Positions 1 to 11,810 of a stretch of 64,000 bases of DNA are shown here, one piece after another. The DNA comes from Piromyces finnis finn (lineage: Eukaryota > Fungi > Neocallimastigomycota): positions 186,001 through 250,000 of the forward strand of contig MCFH01000021.1 in NCBI GenBank assembly GCA_002104945.1, in the 5' to 3' direction. A model generated the notes under the pieces. The model saw nothing but the letters and a program-made list of their open reading frames with translations. It ran no database searches and was not told the DNA's origin. Within the stretch, counting starts at the first letter, position 1; each line of letters opens with the position of its first letter. The translations under genes were made by a program, and so were the position numbers.

Positions 1-2388
1 TCCCTTCTTAGGAATAGAAACAATACTGGATTCATTCCATGAGTTGGGGAAGTCTCCATCCCAAATACGGTTGAATAATTTAAGAATAAAATTTAAACCA
101 TAAGCATCATTATCTGAAGTGGTATTACCGGAAGAATTATTATCTGTAGCATTATTAGAATCATTACTTGATGGAATTAATGCTTTGTAAAATTCAATTG
201 GAATACCATCCGGACCTGATGCTTTATAATTCGGAGTAGAGAGGATAGCTGACTTGACTTCATCAATACTAATATCTTGGTTGATATCCCATTCATCAAG
301 CATAGGGAGTGAAAAACGTTTATTCGTTGGTTCTTCATACCAATGCTCCAAATCAAGACTTACACCACTTGGATCTGATGCAAGCTTTTCGAAATGATCA
401 TGCCACACATCTAGTTGTTCTTCCGTAGCAACAACTAATTCTCCATTTTTGTTTTTAATTGGTTGAGCAATAAAGAAAGAATCTTTTCCAATTTTTGCAG
501 TTTTCTTGATCCATTTCCAGGCCTTCTTAGGATTATGACTTTTCATATACTCACATCCTGTTTTAATCCAATGAAGATATTCTTGTTTCCTAAATTCATT
601 ACATCTTTTGTGGATGTAATCAATGAGCTTACGGTAGATTTTAATTCTTTTAATAAATTCATCTATATCATAAATTCTTTCTTTTTTAAATCTCTTATAC
701 AACTTCATTTTGATTTTTTGGAGATTAAAAATTTGTTGTGAAATATGAAATGAAGACTTTATAACATTATTTGCTGAGGTAATACTGAGCTCGTCTGCAA
801 TTGAAAAAACAGTTGAAGTAAATTCTTTGGAAAGTTCATCTGTAGAAACATTAGGATCGTTGAATTTTGCTGAAAGTATTTGGAATTTATTATGACTGAG
901 AATAGATTCCTTTTCCTCAATACATTTTAATCTATTCCATTTCAGAATTTTCTTAGGAACGTTAAAGTCATTAGAAAAATCTTCCATAGGAATAATTTTA
1001 CCATTAATAAGAAGTGGCTTATGGTCTGATACAGGATAAAAATTATTTATAAATGATCCTGAGTGAATAAGATCTTTCATCTTCGAATTGATAAGAGCAT
1101 GGTCAATGTCGGAAGATTGATCACCTCGAGTCCAAGAGATAGTAGACCCTCTAAGCGGAAGAATTTCCCAATCTCCTAATCCATTAGTTGATAACCAGTT
1201 GGATAATTTTACTTTAGACATATTAAAATCACCAACAAGAATCGATGGATGGGATGAATGAGTTTGTAACCACAAGCGAACTTCTAACTTTGCATGATCA
1301 ACATAGATGTTGTGATGACTATGAGGCATATAAACATTTCCAATCGAGCATTTGAATCTATTCCAGAGACTAAAAGTATAAATAGAAATAATATACTTTC
1401 CAGAGAAGTTTTCAAGTGAGGCTTGACACGAATTGTGAAAACCTAAATATAAACCTCTCATTCCCGGAACTGATTCGTCAGCTTTCTTGAAAAAGTGTCT
1501 ATAGTTTCGCAAAGTAACACGACAAGGATAATCTGTATTCGAACCAGAACCATTACCAGTTTCTTGGAAACATAAGAATAATGGTTTGAAAATAGCTGTG
1601 AAATAGCTAATACTATCCCTCTTTTCATGATTCCACCCATTGGTGTTCCAACTAAGACAAAAAGAAAAGTTATCAGGCTTGTTGGATGAGGAAGAATCGT
1701 TGCTATTATTATTATTATTAAAGTCATCGTTATTAATGGATGATGCATCAGAGGAATAAGTAGAACTATTACTAGATGGCTGTGAAACTGAAGAACTATC
1801 AACTATTGAACTGTTATCAGAGTTGATAGAACTATTAGAATTAATTGTTGAATGTTGAGATTGAAATTGTGTTTGCTGTAGATCTGGAATATTTTCATGA
1901 TGGGAAACTTGTTGAAGATCCTGTTGAAGATCTTGTTGAAGATCGGATTGTTGATGAGATTGTTGAACTGATTGTTGAACTGATTGTTGAAATGATTGTT
2001 GAATAGAATGTTGATGTTTATTAGAAACTAAAATTTTACGTTTGAGAGTGGAAAAAGTGTATTTGTGATTCCTTCTACTACGAGCTGAAAAGGAAATTGA
2101 GGTAACTGAAAGTTTCTTCTTTAACATGTGTAAGATTTTAATACAATCTTTTGATGAACCATGAACCTTGACTAAGAAAAAGTGATCATTGAAAGTTTGA
2201 AAATATTTAACACTAATAACTGAATTAAATTTATCTTCTAGAATAACCTCGAGTTTTTCCCATAGCATATTTACTGACCATGATCGAATACCACGGATAA
2301 AGAAGGAGCGAATATCATCTAAGGGGATACCATAAGACCGGGTACCACGTCTGATATAATTCTTATCTTTAATATAAAGGACTGACAT
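1..2388 (-). CDS. LINE polyprotein, N-terminal ~796 aa (RRM-like region, Q/S/N-rich linker, APE endonuclease, start of RT); frame runs off the left edge
   Basis: ATG at 2388 matches ATG 21757 of the right copy. No stop or frameshift seen in the segments compared, which would explain its absence from the ORF track (no stop inside the window). Not every codon was checked. Confidence 0.85.
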   Translation of the reverse strand, partial: MSVLYIKDKNYIRRGTRSYGIPLDDIRSFFIRGIRSWSVNMLWEKLEVILEDKFNSVISVKYFQTFNDHFFLVKVHGSSKDCIKILHMLKKKLSVTSISFSARSRRNHKYTFSTLKRKILVSNKHQHSIQQSFQQSVQQSVQQSHQQSDLQQDLQQDLQQVSHHENIPDLQQTQFQSQHSTINSNSSINSDNSSIVDSSSVSQPSSNSSTYSSDASSINNDDFNNNNNSNDSSSSNKPDNFSFCLSWNTNGWNHEKRDSISYFTAIFKPLFLCFQETGNGSGSNTDYPCRVTLRNYRHFFKKADESVPGMRGLYLGFHNSCQASLENFSGKYIISIYTFSLWNRFKCSIGNVYMPHSHHNIYVDHAKLEVRLWLQTHSSHPSILVGDFNMSKVKLSNWLSTNGLGDWEILPLRGSTISWTRGDQSSDIDHALINSKMKDLIHSGSFINNFYPVSDHKPLLINGKIIPMEDFSNDFNVPKKILKWNRLKCIEEKESILSHNKFQILSAKFNDPNVSTDELSKEFTSTVFSIADELSITSANNVIKSSFHISQQIFNLQKIKMKLYKRFKKERIYDIDEFIKRIKIYRKLIDYIHKRCNEFRKQEYLHWIKTGCEYMKSHNPKKAWKWIKKTAKIGKDSFFIAQPIKNKNGELVVATEEQLDVWHDHFEKLASDPSGVSLDLEHWYEEPTNKRFSLPMLDEWDINQDISIDEVKSAILSTPNYKASGPDGIPIEFYKALIPSSNDSNNATDNNSSGNTTSDNDAYGLNFILKLFNRIWDGDFPNSWNESSIVSIPKKG

Positions 2389-3032
2389 GATAATAAATTC
2401 TAATTAAAAAATATTGAATATAAAATAAATACTAATAAAAATTACAAATATAACGTATATGGAAAAAAATCTGTCTCTCTCTCTCTTCTTAAAAGTACTG
2501 GATAGTACAAAAATTGTTACGATGCTTTGTTTAAAGTTTCTTTTTTTTGAATTCTAGTTGTAAATTTTCTTTAAAAATTCTAGTTTTGGTTTGTTGTTAG
2601 TAAATTCGATTCGCTTTTTGACACTAAACTTGTTTGACTTTACTTTTCATTAAATATTTAAATTGGTAAAAAATTTGAATCAAGAATGTCGACACCAGAA
2701 AGCTTGTGAATAGTATTTTTACATGATGTAGAGTGAATCAGTCTCTTACAAGAAACAATACAACAATAGCTACATGAATATAAAAGTACAATGCAAATGC
2801 TAAAGTTGACTACATTGGATTCTTACAAGAGAAGAGTAGTACTACATGAATACATGAATAAAAGAAAAAATACAGCAACAAAATGTATTACTCTTCTAAT
2901 TAAATACTATACAAACTTACCTGAAAAATCAAACATTCACTTATTCATCAAATACTTAAATTTGATGAATAAAATGTTTTTTAATCGCTCAGTACCATGA
3001 GCTTAGTCCTAATAATTTTCCCTTAAGACTAA

Positions 3033-3507
3033 CCAAGCATCCATTGCGCAATGCTTGGATTTAATTCTTTCTACTCTCTCAGTACCATGAGCATGAGTAG
3101 ACCCCCTTGAGAAATTACATTTATTAAATAAATGAAGGCACATTCCTAAGAGGGCACCAAGCATCCATTGCGCAATACTTGGATTTAATTCTTTCTACTC
3201 TCTCAGTACCATGAGCATGAGTAGACCCCCTTGAGAAATTACATTTATTAAATAAATGAAGGCACATTCCTAAGAGGGCACCAAGCATCCATTGCGCAAT
3301 ACTTGGATTTAATTCTTTCTACTCTCTCAGTACCATGAGCATGAGTAGACCCCCTTGAGAAATTACATTTATTAAATAAATGAAGGCACATTCCTAAGAG
3401 GGCACCAAGCATCCATTGCGCAATACTTGGATTTAATTCTTTCTACTCTCTCAGTACCATGAGCATGAGTAGACCCCCTTGAGAAATTACATTTATTAAA
3501 TAAATGA
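3033..3507 (-). repeat. Tandem array of 124-bp monomers (3 full + one 103-bp partial) forming the LINE 5' end
   Basis: CCAAGCATCC recurs at 3033, 3157, 3281 and 3405. Units are identical except one G/A change at 3053. One near-complete monomer occurs at 20991-21110 in the right copy. Confidence 0.98.
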
Positions 3508-3661
3508 GCAAAAGGCATGACATGGGAGGAATAGATCGGATGAGATCTTTAATAATACAATTTGATTTTCTCTATTTAACAAAGCATTTCACTTGTTGCG
3601 CAGCACAAATACCTGAAAGGGTAAGAATCTTCATATCTCTTGTAAGAGCATATCGGACACA
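3508..3661 (-). pseudogene. Relic of an older, divergent LINE ORF (post-RT region) interrupted by the young left copy
   Basis: Minus-strand translation YALTRDMKILTLSGICAAQQVKCFVK*RKSNCIIKDLIRSIPP aligns gap-free with YSISKDLNIPPLSAKCALAQVRCFNKWKNSNCIISHLVNYIPK of the right copy (W codon now TAG). Confidence 0.85.
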
Positions 3662-4508
3662 TCATGGAATTCAAAAAATCTAATTATGAAAAAAATATTT
3701 ATCTTTTTATAAATAAATGCACAAATGTTAACAACGAATAATTATTTAGAGACACACAATAATAAAGAAAGTAATAATTATTTTATATATAAAAGTTTTT
3801 ATTTTATTAACATTTTAAACCATTGATTTTCCTTTTTTACATTTTTTAAAAGAAAAAAAAACTTTACTTTTTTTTAAATAAAGGAATTCACATTTTAATA
3901 TATCTTATTCTGAACTTGAAAAAAAAAAACAATTTTTTTTTTTCTTTTTATTTTGGCAAGAAAAATCCTTTACTGTATATTTGATGGATTATAAAAATAT
4001 CTAATAAAAAATATTAGATAATAATATTTTCTATTATTATTTTCTTCTTGCAAAAATAAAAATTAATAAAATACATTAACCAACAAATTATTTTTATAAG
4101 GTCAAAAATTATTTAATTTTCATTTGTTGTTGTTATTGTTACTTCACATACATTAACTATGCGTATCTTTTCAAATATTTTCTCCTTTAATTCAAAATTT
4201 TCTTTCCCTTATTTTTTTCATTTTTTGTTGGCATAATGTAATTTTTTTAAATTCAAAAAAAGAATATTTTTAAACCAAAAAAATTATTATTTCATCAAAA
4301 AAGGAAATATAATTATAAAATAATGATTTATCTTCAAAATTTTTTTCTATTTCCTATTTTTTAAAAATAAATTAATCCACAAAAAAAAAAAAAAAATCTC
4401 CAAAAAAACAAAAAAATTAATCCTAATTTTTTTCTTTTTTTTTACAAACTCATTTTTAAACTTCCCTAAGCCACGTTTAATAAGAGTAATACTCTAATTC
4501 TAGAATGC

Positions 4509-5633
4509 TTAAATAGCATCCATGACACCTTCCTTGTGTCTTTGAATAATTTCACGCATAACTTGTGTATAACGTTCAACATGATCACGATTACCAAGAT
4601 GGACTACAAAACGACTTGATCCAGAAATCTTAAAACCGTAAGAAGCAACTTCTCTGGCTAATTCAGCTAACTTAATTGGGGCAGCAGTATCTTCTACCCA
4701 AACCATATTAGTATCAACACGTTTAATTAACTTGTAACCCATTTCTTCTAATTGTTGACCTAAATACTTAGCAGCAGCATGATCTTTATTAAGTTGTGGG
4801 AAATGATTTTCAAGTGCGTAAAGACAAGCACCAGCTAAATGACCAGCTTGTCTCCATGCACCTCCAAAAATCTTACGCCATTGTCTTGCACGTTCAATAA
4901 ATTCTGCAGAACCAGTTAATACAGAACCAATTGGTGCTCCTAAACCCTTAGAGAAACATAATGATACGGAATCAAAGTACTTTGCGTAATCTTTAATTGA
5001 AATTCCAGTTTCACGAGAAGCATTCCATAAACGAGCACCATCTAAATGAAGAGGAAGTCCTTTGGCTCTAGCAAAATCATGAATATCTTTAATAGCTTCA
5101 ATTGGCATAATTTCACCATCTAAAGTATTTTCAAGAGAAATAAGTTTAGTTGGTGCAGAATAAATAGATTTGTGTACAAGAGCATCTTCAATATCTTCTG
5201 AGGTAATATAAGACTTTCCGCTTTTTGGTTGAACTGGAGTCATTAAAGCACCAGCATGAATAGCAACACCACCACATTCTAAATTGAATACGTGTGAACG
5301 AGAATCACAAAGAACAGAATGTGGTGGAGCTTGTAAATGTGAACGTAAAGCTAATTGATTCGACATAATACCAGATGTAACAAACATTGCTGCTTCCTTT
5401 CCAGCTAAATTAGCGACAGTTTGTTCTAAAAGATTAACAGTTGGATCTTCACCATAACCATCGTCTCCAACTGGATAAGTGTACATAGCAGCAATCATTT
5501 CCTTAGTTGGTTTTGATACAGTATCAGAACGGAAGTCAATAACTTCTTCTGGATTAAACTTACTTAATCTTTCCTTAATTAATTGATCTACTTCTCCGTA
5601 GATGTTAGTGTTAGTCTTTTTTTCGGCTGGCAT
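4509..5633 (-). CDS. GLY1: Low-specificity L-threonine aldolase (PLP-dependent), intronless
   Basis: Motifs DFRSDTVSKPT, GDDGYGEDPTV, HLDGARLWNA, SLCFSKGLGAPIGS (PLP lysine); 374 aa; strongly biased codon use. Confidence 0.95.
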   Translation of the reverse strand: MPAEKKTNTNIYGEVDQLIKERLSKFNPEEVIDFRSDTVSKPTKEMIAAMYTYPVGDDGYGEDPTVNLLEQTVANLAGKEAAMFVTSGIMSNQLALRSHLQAPPHSVLCDSRSHVFNLECGGVAIHAGALMTPVQPKSGKSYITSEDIEDALVHKSIYSAPTKLISLENTLDGEIMPIEAIKDIHDFARAKGLPLHLDGARLWNASRETGISIKDYAKYFDSVSLCFSKGLGAPIGSVLTGSAEFIERARQWRKIFGGAWRQAGHLAGACLYALENHFPQLNKDHAAAKYLGQQLEEMGYKLIKRVDTNMVWVEDTAAPIKLAELAREVASYGFKISGSSRFVVHLGNRDHVERYTQVMREIIQRHKEGVMDAI

Positions 5634-7965
5634 TTTTACCTTTAATAATTATATTAATTATAAACATTATAATATATATTTTAAAACAATAAAAATTAAT
5701 ACTTTGTTATAACAATTATTATTAAAATTTTTCATGTATAATTGATATTATATATCAAATTATTTTATTTCTTTTGTTTAAGCTTATTTTTATTTTATTT
5801 TTTTTTTATTCTTTCTTTTTTTTTTAATATATTTACTTTATTTTATTAACTATATGTTTAGTAAAAAAAAAAAGTTTTTTTGAATAATACTCTTTATTCA
5901 AATAAATAAATAAATAATTTTATGATATTATAAATAATTATAAGGTTAAAATAAAAATATGGATTTTTTGTTCTTTTTATATAAAAATTTTTTTCTAGTT
6001 TTTTTTAAAGAATATATCTAGGAATTAGGAATTATGTAAATTATGATTTATAGTATATTTTATTACATAGATAGCCATTAAATTATTAATTCATTAATAC
6101 AACCCTAATTATTATTATTAATTGTACATTGTGTATAATATAATAATTATTATAATTATATTTAAAATAGTAATAATAAAAAAAGGATTATTGATTTCAA
6201 TTCAATAAACTTTATTTCCCATTGATTATAATATATTAATATTATGATTATGATTAATATTATTATATGGTAGAATGATAATTAAAAAATTAATATTACG
6301 AATTTTTTAATTATCAAAAATTATTTCATTAGGATTAACAAATTAAAAAAATACATAAAAAAATTATTAAACTATACATTGATTTGAAAAGAAAATAAGT
6401 ACTTTTTAGGAATAATAATAATATAAAATAATTGGTGTTATTGCTATTATAATTGTTACAATTATATATTTACTTTTATTATTTATTTTAGTATTATTTT
6501 TATTATTATTATTTATTATTTATTATTATCAATTTTTTATTTTTTTACTTCAACATAATCTTCTATTTATTTATCCCTATTAAAGCATTTAATCCATGTT
6601 TTAATTCAATAAACAAAATAGTTAATATATTTTAGATATTAAAAGTTTAATATATTAATATAATATATTATATTGTGTTATATAGCAATATATTTTTAAT
6701 ATTAAATTTTATACTTTTATAACCGGAATCATCAAATTGTAGTAATATAAATATATGGCTTTATATGTTAGTAAATGGAAAGATATTTATTTCAATATAT
6801 TTTAATATATTATATAATGTATTTATCAATATATTAATATGTATATATATTCAAATTATTACAAATCACCAACGGTTTTCATTTAAAAATTGCAGTTTAT
6901 AGGCATGATTAAATTTTAATGATGAAGTAATAAAAATTAAGGTTAATCGTAAATGATTTGAATATATATATAATTACCATAATAATCTATTATATTGCTA
7001 ATATATTGATAATATACTGAATATTAATAATAAAAATGGTACAATAAAATAACTTAACATTTTAAATTATATTATATATTTATATTAATAATATATAATT
7101 TTATATTGAAAATATTAAGATCTATTTATTTGTTTGTTGTTGTATAAAGATCATAATCTGTCAAATTTATTATTATAAAACAAGGCGTCTCAAAATCATA
7201 CAATAATTTAATATATGTTAGGATGCAAAAATAAAAGAGAAAAAATATTACAGCATCGGATTTTAAAAAAATATGGCATTTTTATTATTTATTATTAAAA
7301 AATAATAAAAGGGTGTTATATAAATTCATGTATAATGCTATAGTATAAAATATTATATTTCTAATAATTAGTTAATATAAAATAAAAAAATAAATAATTA
7401 TAATAAACTTTGATACAATCATAAAATTGTTTCTGACACAAAAACATAAAGACCATTTAATGAATAATCTAAGAGAATATTTAATTAGAATAGTAATATT
7501 AAAAAAGTGCACCACCATTATAAACTTTACTTTATCCTCTTATTATATCAAAGACCTACTAATGTAAAATATATAGTGAAAGGTTATAGTTAAATTTAAT
7601 ATTCAATTTATAAATAATAATTACTGTAACTTTTTATTAAACGTTATTAGTAATCATTTAAACATTAATTATCTATTTATTTATTTAATTTATGTATATT
7701 ATTATATTATTATTATTTAAAAGAAGCATACAAATTTTATAAAAAGGTTAACTGATATTCAATAAATATTACTTCTATTACAGAAATAATATGCTAATAC
7801 CTTTATTAATACATATTAAGGGTTGGATTTTTCCTTAATTAATAATATAATTTTATATAATTTTAATAATAAGATTAATAAACTTTGTGATAACAAATCT
7901 ATATTAAGAATTTTTTCATTAAGAAACCATATATGAAAAAAAGACTTTACTACTGATGTTAAGTA

Positions 7966-8170
<205 letters not shown>

Positions 8171-9858
8171 TAGTCACTTGATTTTCAAAATGTTAAAATA
8201 AAATATTAAATAATAGAATTTTTTTAACTATAAAAAATAGGTTTTATAGAAATAATATAATAATCTACCTACACCTTTTATTTTTCTTTACATTTTTTTT
8301 GAAATAGTAAAAATCAAGTGACTATTAATAATAATTACTTAACATCGGTCGGATGGTTTTTATTTTCATATACGGAATATTAATAATTTTATATAATTAT
8401 AATCTAACAACATAAAAACTTTAATCTTGGTTAATTTTAATTTTTTATGGAAATATTTACATTTTTATATACATTATTGCTTTTATTATATACATTTATG
8501 CATTATTTATAAATATATTTGGTTTTTTATGGAATTTTTTAGAATAATTGATTTAATTTAGATAAAATTTATCTCTAATATAGGAATTTATACATTAGAA
8601 TCAATTTTAGCCATATATTAATAATTATTAAAATAGGTGTCAACTTATCAAAAAAAAAAAAAAGAATATTAAAAAAGTATTAGTATATTTCATTTTTGGA
8701 TTATAGTGAAATATTTTATTTTTATATATCTATCAAAAAAATAAATATATTTTTAATATAAAATGATATTTAAAAATTATGGTGATATATAAACTATGGA
8801 AATAGTTTATTATAATAAACAACAACAACAACAAAAAAAAGGAAATATAATATTTATAACTATTTTTATATTTAATTAAGAATAATTTAAAAATAAATTA
8901 AATAAACTATCGATTTTTATTTATTTATTAGAATTAGGAATTAAAAAAAAATTTACAGAAAAATTAAAGTATTGATATGAAATCCTTTTTTAATTATTTA
9001 AATAGGAAATACCAAATCTCCAAATTTAATTATTTCTTAATTTTTTTTGTATAATCATCTAATCCTTGATAATATTATTTATGAATTATATTAAATCATT
9101 CTTAGTTAACTTTTTTTTTGAAAAAAAAAAAAAAAAAGACAATTTTAACACTATTAATGTTTTATTCTATATAACAATTACATTTAACATTTCCGAATAT
9201 TTATAGATATATTATAATTCATAGTAAAAAAAAGGATACATGATTTAAAGAATAAAATACATAATTTATTATATTATTTTTTATTTATTTTTATTAAATT
9301 AAAATATTGAAAAGTAAATATATATATATAATTATTGATTAAATAAATATAAAAAATATACTAAAACTTAGTAAAGAAAAAAGATAATATACCTTAAGAA
9401 TCTAAAATAAAACTTAAAAACTATTTTTTTTAGAAAAAAAAAAAAAAAAGAAAAGAAAAAAGAGTAAAGAATTTATTATTTATTTTTTAAATAATAACTA
9501 GTAATTAAAAAAAAAAAAAATTAAAACAAATAAATATCACAAAGGATTTTTATAGTATCCATTAATATATACTAAAAAGATATTAAATAAAAAAAATATA
9601 TAAAAATTTCTTATAAATAAATAACTGCTTTTTTTTCTCTTTTAATCCATTTTTTTCTAATTTTTATATTAATAATAGAATCTATAATGAAATATTAATT
9701 TAAATCATTATAAGTTTATGTTATTATTGTCATCCTTTTTTCCTAATATTTTTGCCCTGTTCTTTTTTTTCTTTTGATTTTTTATATACTATTTTTAATT
9801 TCTTATCTGCTTTTTTTTTTCTTTTTTCTTTTTATTTTCTTGAATCGTCTAAATATAT

Positions 9859-11190
9859 TTATTCAAAATCCCAGTCGTATTCTTGGAAATAAAGGTGACC
9901 AATACGCTTGCAATGATTAACTAAATTACGCTTATTCATAACTAAAGTTTTTAATGGATAGTCATATGGTAATTGAATGATACTTGCAATGAAAGAGAAA
10001 ATATAGATATCAAGTGAAGTTGGTTCTTGAGTTCCGAAAACGTATTCAGATTCTCCAAGTAAGCTAGACAAACACTTAATATCTTCATTAGCAAGTTCAT
10101 ATAATTCATCATCACTAAATCTACCAAGACCTTGTAAGTGTAAAGTATTTTGAACATTTTTTTTAATTTTACTTAAAATACATGATCTACAATACCATGG
10201 AATATCCTTGAAGCAAGTTTTAGTGAAGTTATAACCATCCTTAGTTAACCATCTTTGTTTCATGATAATGAAGTATAAATGATCTTCTAATAATCTATTT
10301 ATATTAAAGTTATAAATTAATATTAATTTATTATTCCATTATCAACTAAATATATTCTAATATTTTTATAAAGCTTATAAAAACACTTTTCATGATTTAA
10401 ATAAACATATATACCTTTTAGTAGCAAGAGCAATAGCCTTTTCATCACTAACTAAATTAGAATCTGGATCAAATTCAATTTGATCATTTATCCAATTGAT
10501 AATGAAACTAGAATCCTATTTATATGTTTTTAATTAATGTATATATTTGATTTAATTATTACATAATTAGGCTTTTAATATAACTTTTATATATATATAT
10601 TTTTCTGAATTCATAATATCTGAATTTTTATAATAATTAATATTAAAATTAATTTATATTTTATTTTTTAAAACCTACATCAAGAATTTCACCATTTCTT
10701 TCAATGAATGGAAGTTTTCCTTTTGGAGCTAAATTGAAATTTGGCTTTGAAACAACAGTATACTTAAGACTAGCAAAACGAAGATAAGCTTCGAGTTTAA
10801 GGCAGAATGGAGACTTTTAAAAATGGAATAGAAATAAAATATAAATTAGATTTTAAATTGATTTAATAACAATATTATAATTAATAATGATATTATATTT
10901 ACAAGTGATGGTAAGTATTGATCAACATTTCCGTATTTATGAAGATAAATCATATCTTCTTCGTAATTCTTTTTTAAACAGAAACTATTTTTAATGTTAC
11001 GGAAGAACTTTTTAATAATTGGAACAATAACAATAACAGCAAATAAAAATCCTGAAACACATAAAATTGGAGAATAGGTCATTGGGTATTTTGGGAAGGA
11101 TAAATTCCATTTTTCTTTTATTGGTTTGTCATAAAGATCAATAAATTCTGATACTTTATTAACAAAATATTGAATTTGTTCTTTTTCCAT
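9859..11190 (-). CDS. FAX/metaxin-like GST-fold protein with N-terminal transmembrane segment, 4 exons
   Basis: Spliced translation ...YEEDMIYLHKYG..LPSL|SPFCLKLEAYLRFASLKY..APKGKLPFIERNGEILD|DSSFII..EKAIALATKR|LLEDHLYF..RW..LGESEYVFGTQEPTSLDIYIFSFIA matches the FAXC/metaxin GST N- and C-domain pattern. Confidence 0.85.
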
Positions 11191-11810
11191 TTTTTTTGTG
11201 TCTTTATAAAAGAATGATTTTTTTAATATTGAATATAATATAAAAAAGGAAGAAAAAAAAAAAGAATAATTTTAGGAAACAAACACAATAAAATATTTTG
11301 GATATTATATATATATTAAAAAATTACTATATATTAAATTAAATATTCTTTATATTTGTTATGCTTATTTAAAAATACTATTAATTCATCCTATAATAAA
11401 TTATAATTTCCTTTTAAAAGGAATTTGTGATTATTATATTAAGTACATTTTTTTTCTTTTTATTTTCTATCAATTTACTGTTAAATTTATTCTATAATCT
11501 TTCTGGACAATAGATTAATATAGTAAAGTACTTCTATTGTTGTCATCTTAAATATTTATATATATTACCTATATTAATTAAAAACGAACTTTTTATTAAT
11601 TTAAGTATTATTTTTAAAATAATATAATTGTTAAAAAAGAAAATTTTTATTTCTAATTTTTTTTTGCTAATAGATTAGTTTATTTTTTTTTTTACAATAC
11701 ATTACATTAATAAATTTAATTAAATAAATATATAAACATGGATTATTATTGGTTTCTAAAAATTTATTGTACAAATAAATTAAATTAAGTTTTTTTTTAT
11801 TAAATAAAAT

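Larger units (their letters stand above)
1..3507 (-). mobile_element. Non-LTR retrotransposon (APE-type LINE), left copy; 5' part only, 3' part lies beyond the window edge
   Basis: Reverse complement of 20991-24132 at high identity, with one in-frame 12-nt indel in the Q-rich repeat. Carries the 5' UTR and the 124-bp monomer array. Confidence 0.97.

Noticed and set aside
3033-3507. CRISPR-like array
   Set aside because: Units are contiguous 124-bp repeats with no unique spacers, there are no cas genes, and the context is a eukaryotic LINE 5' end.
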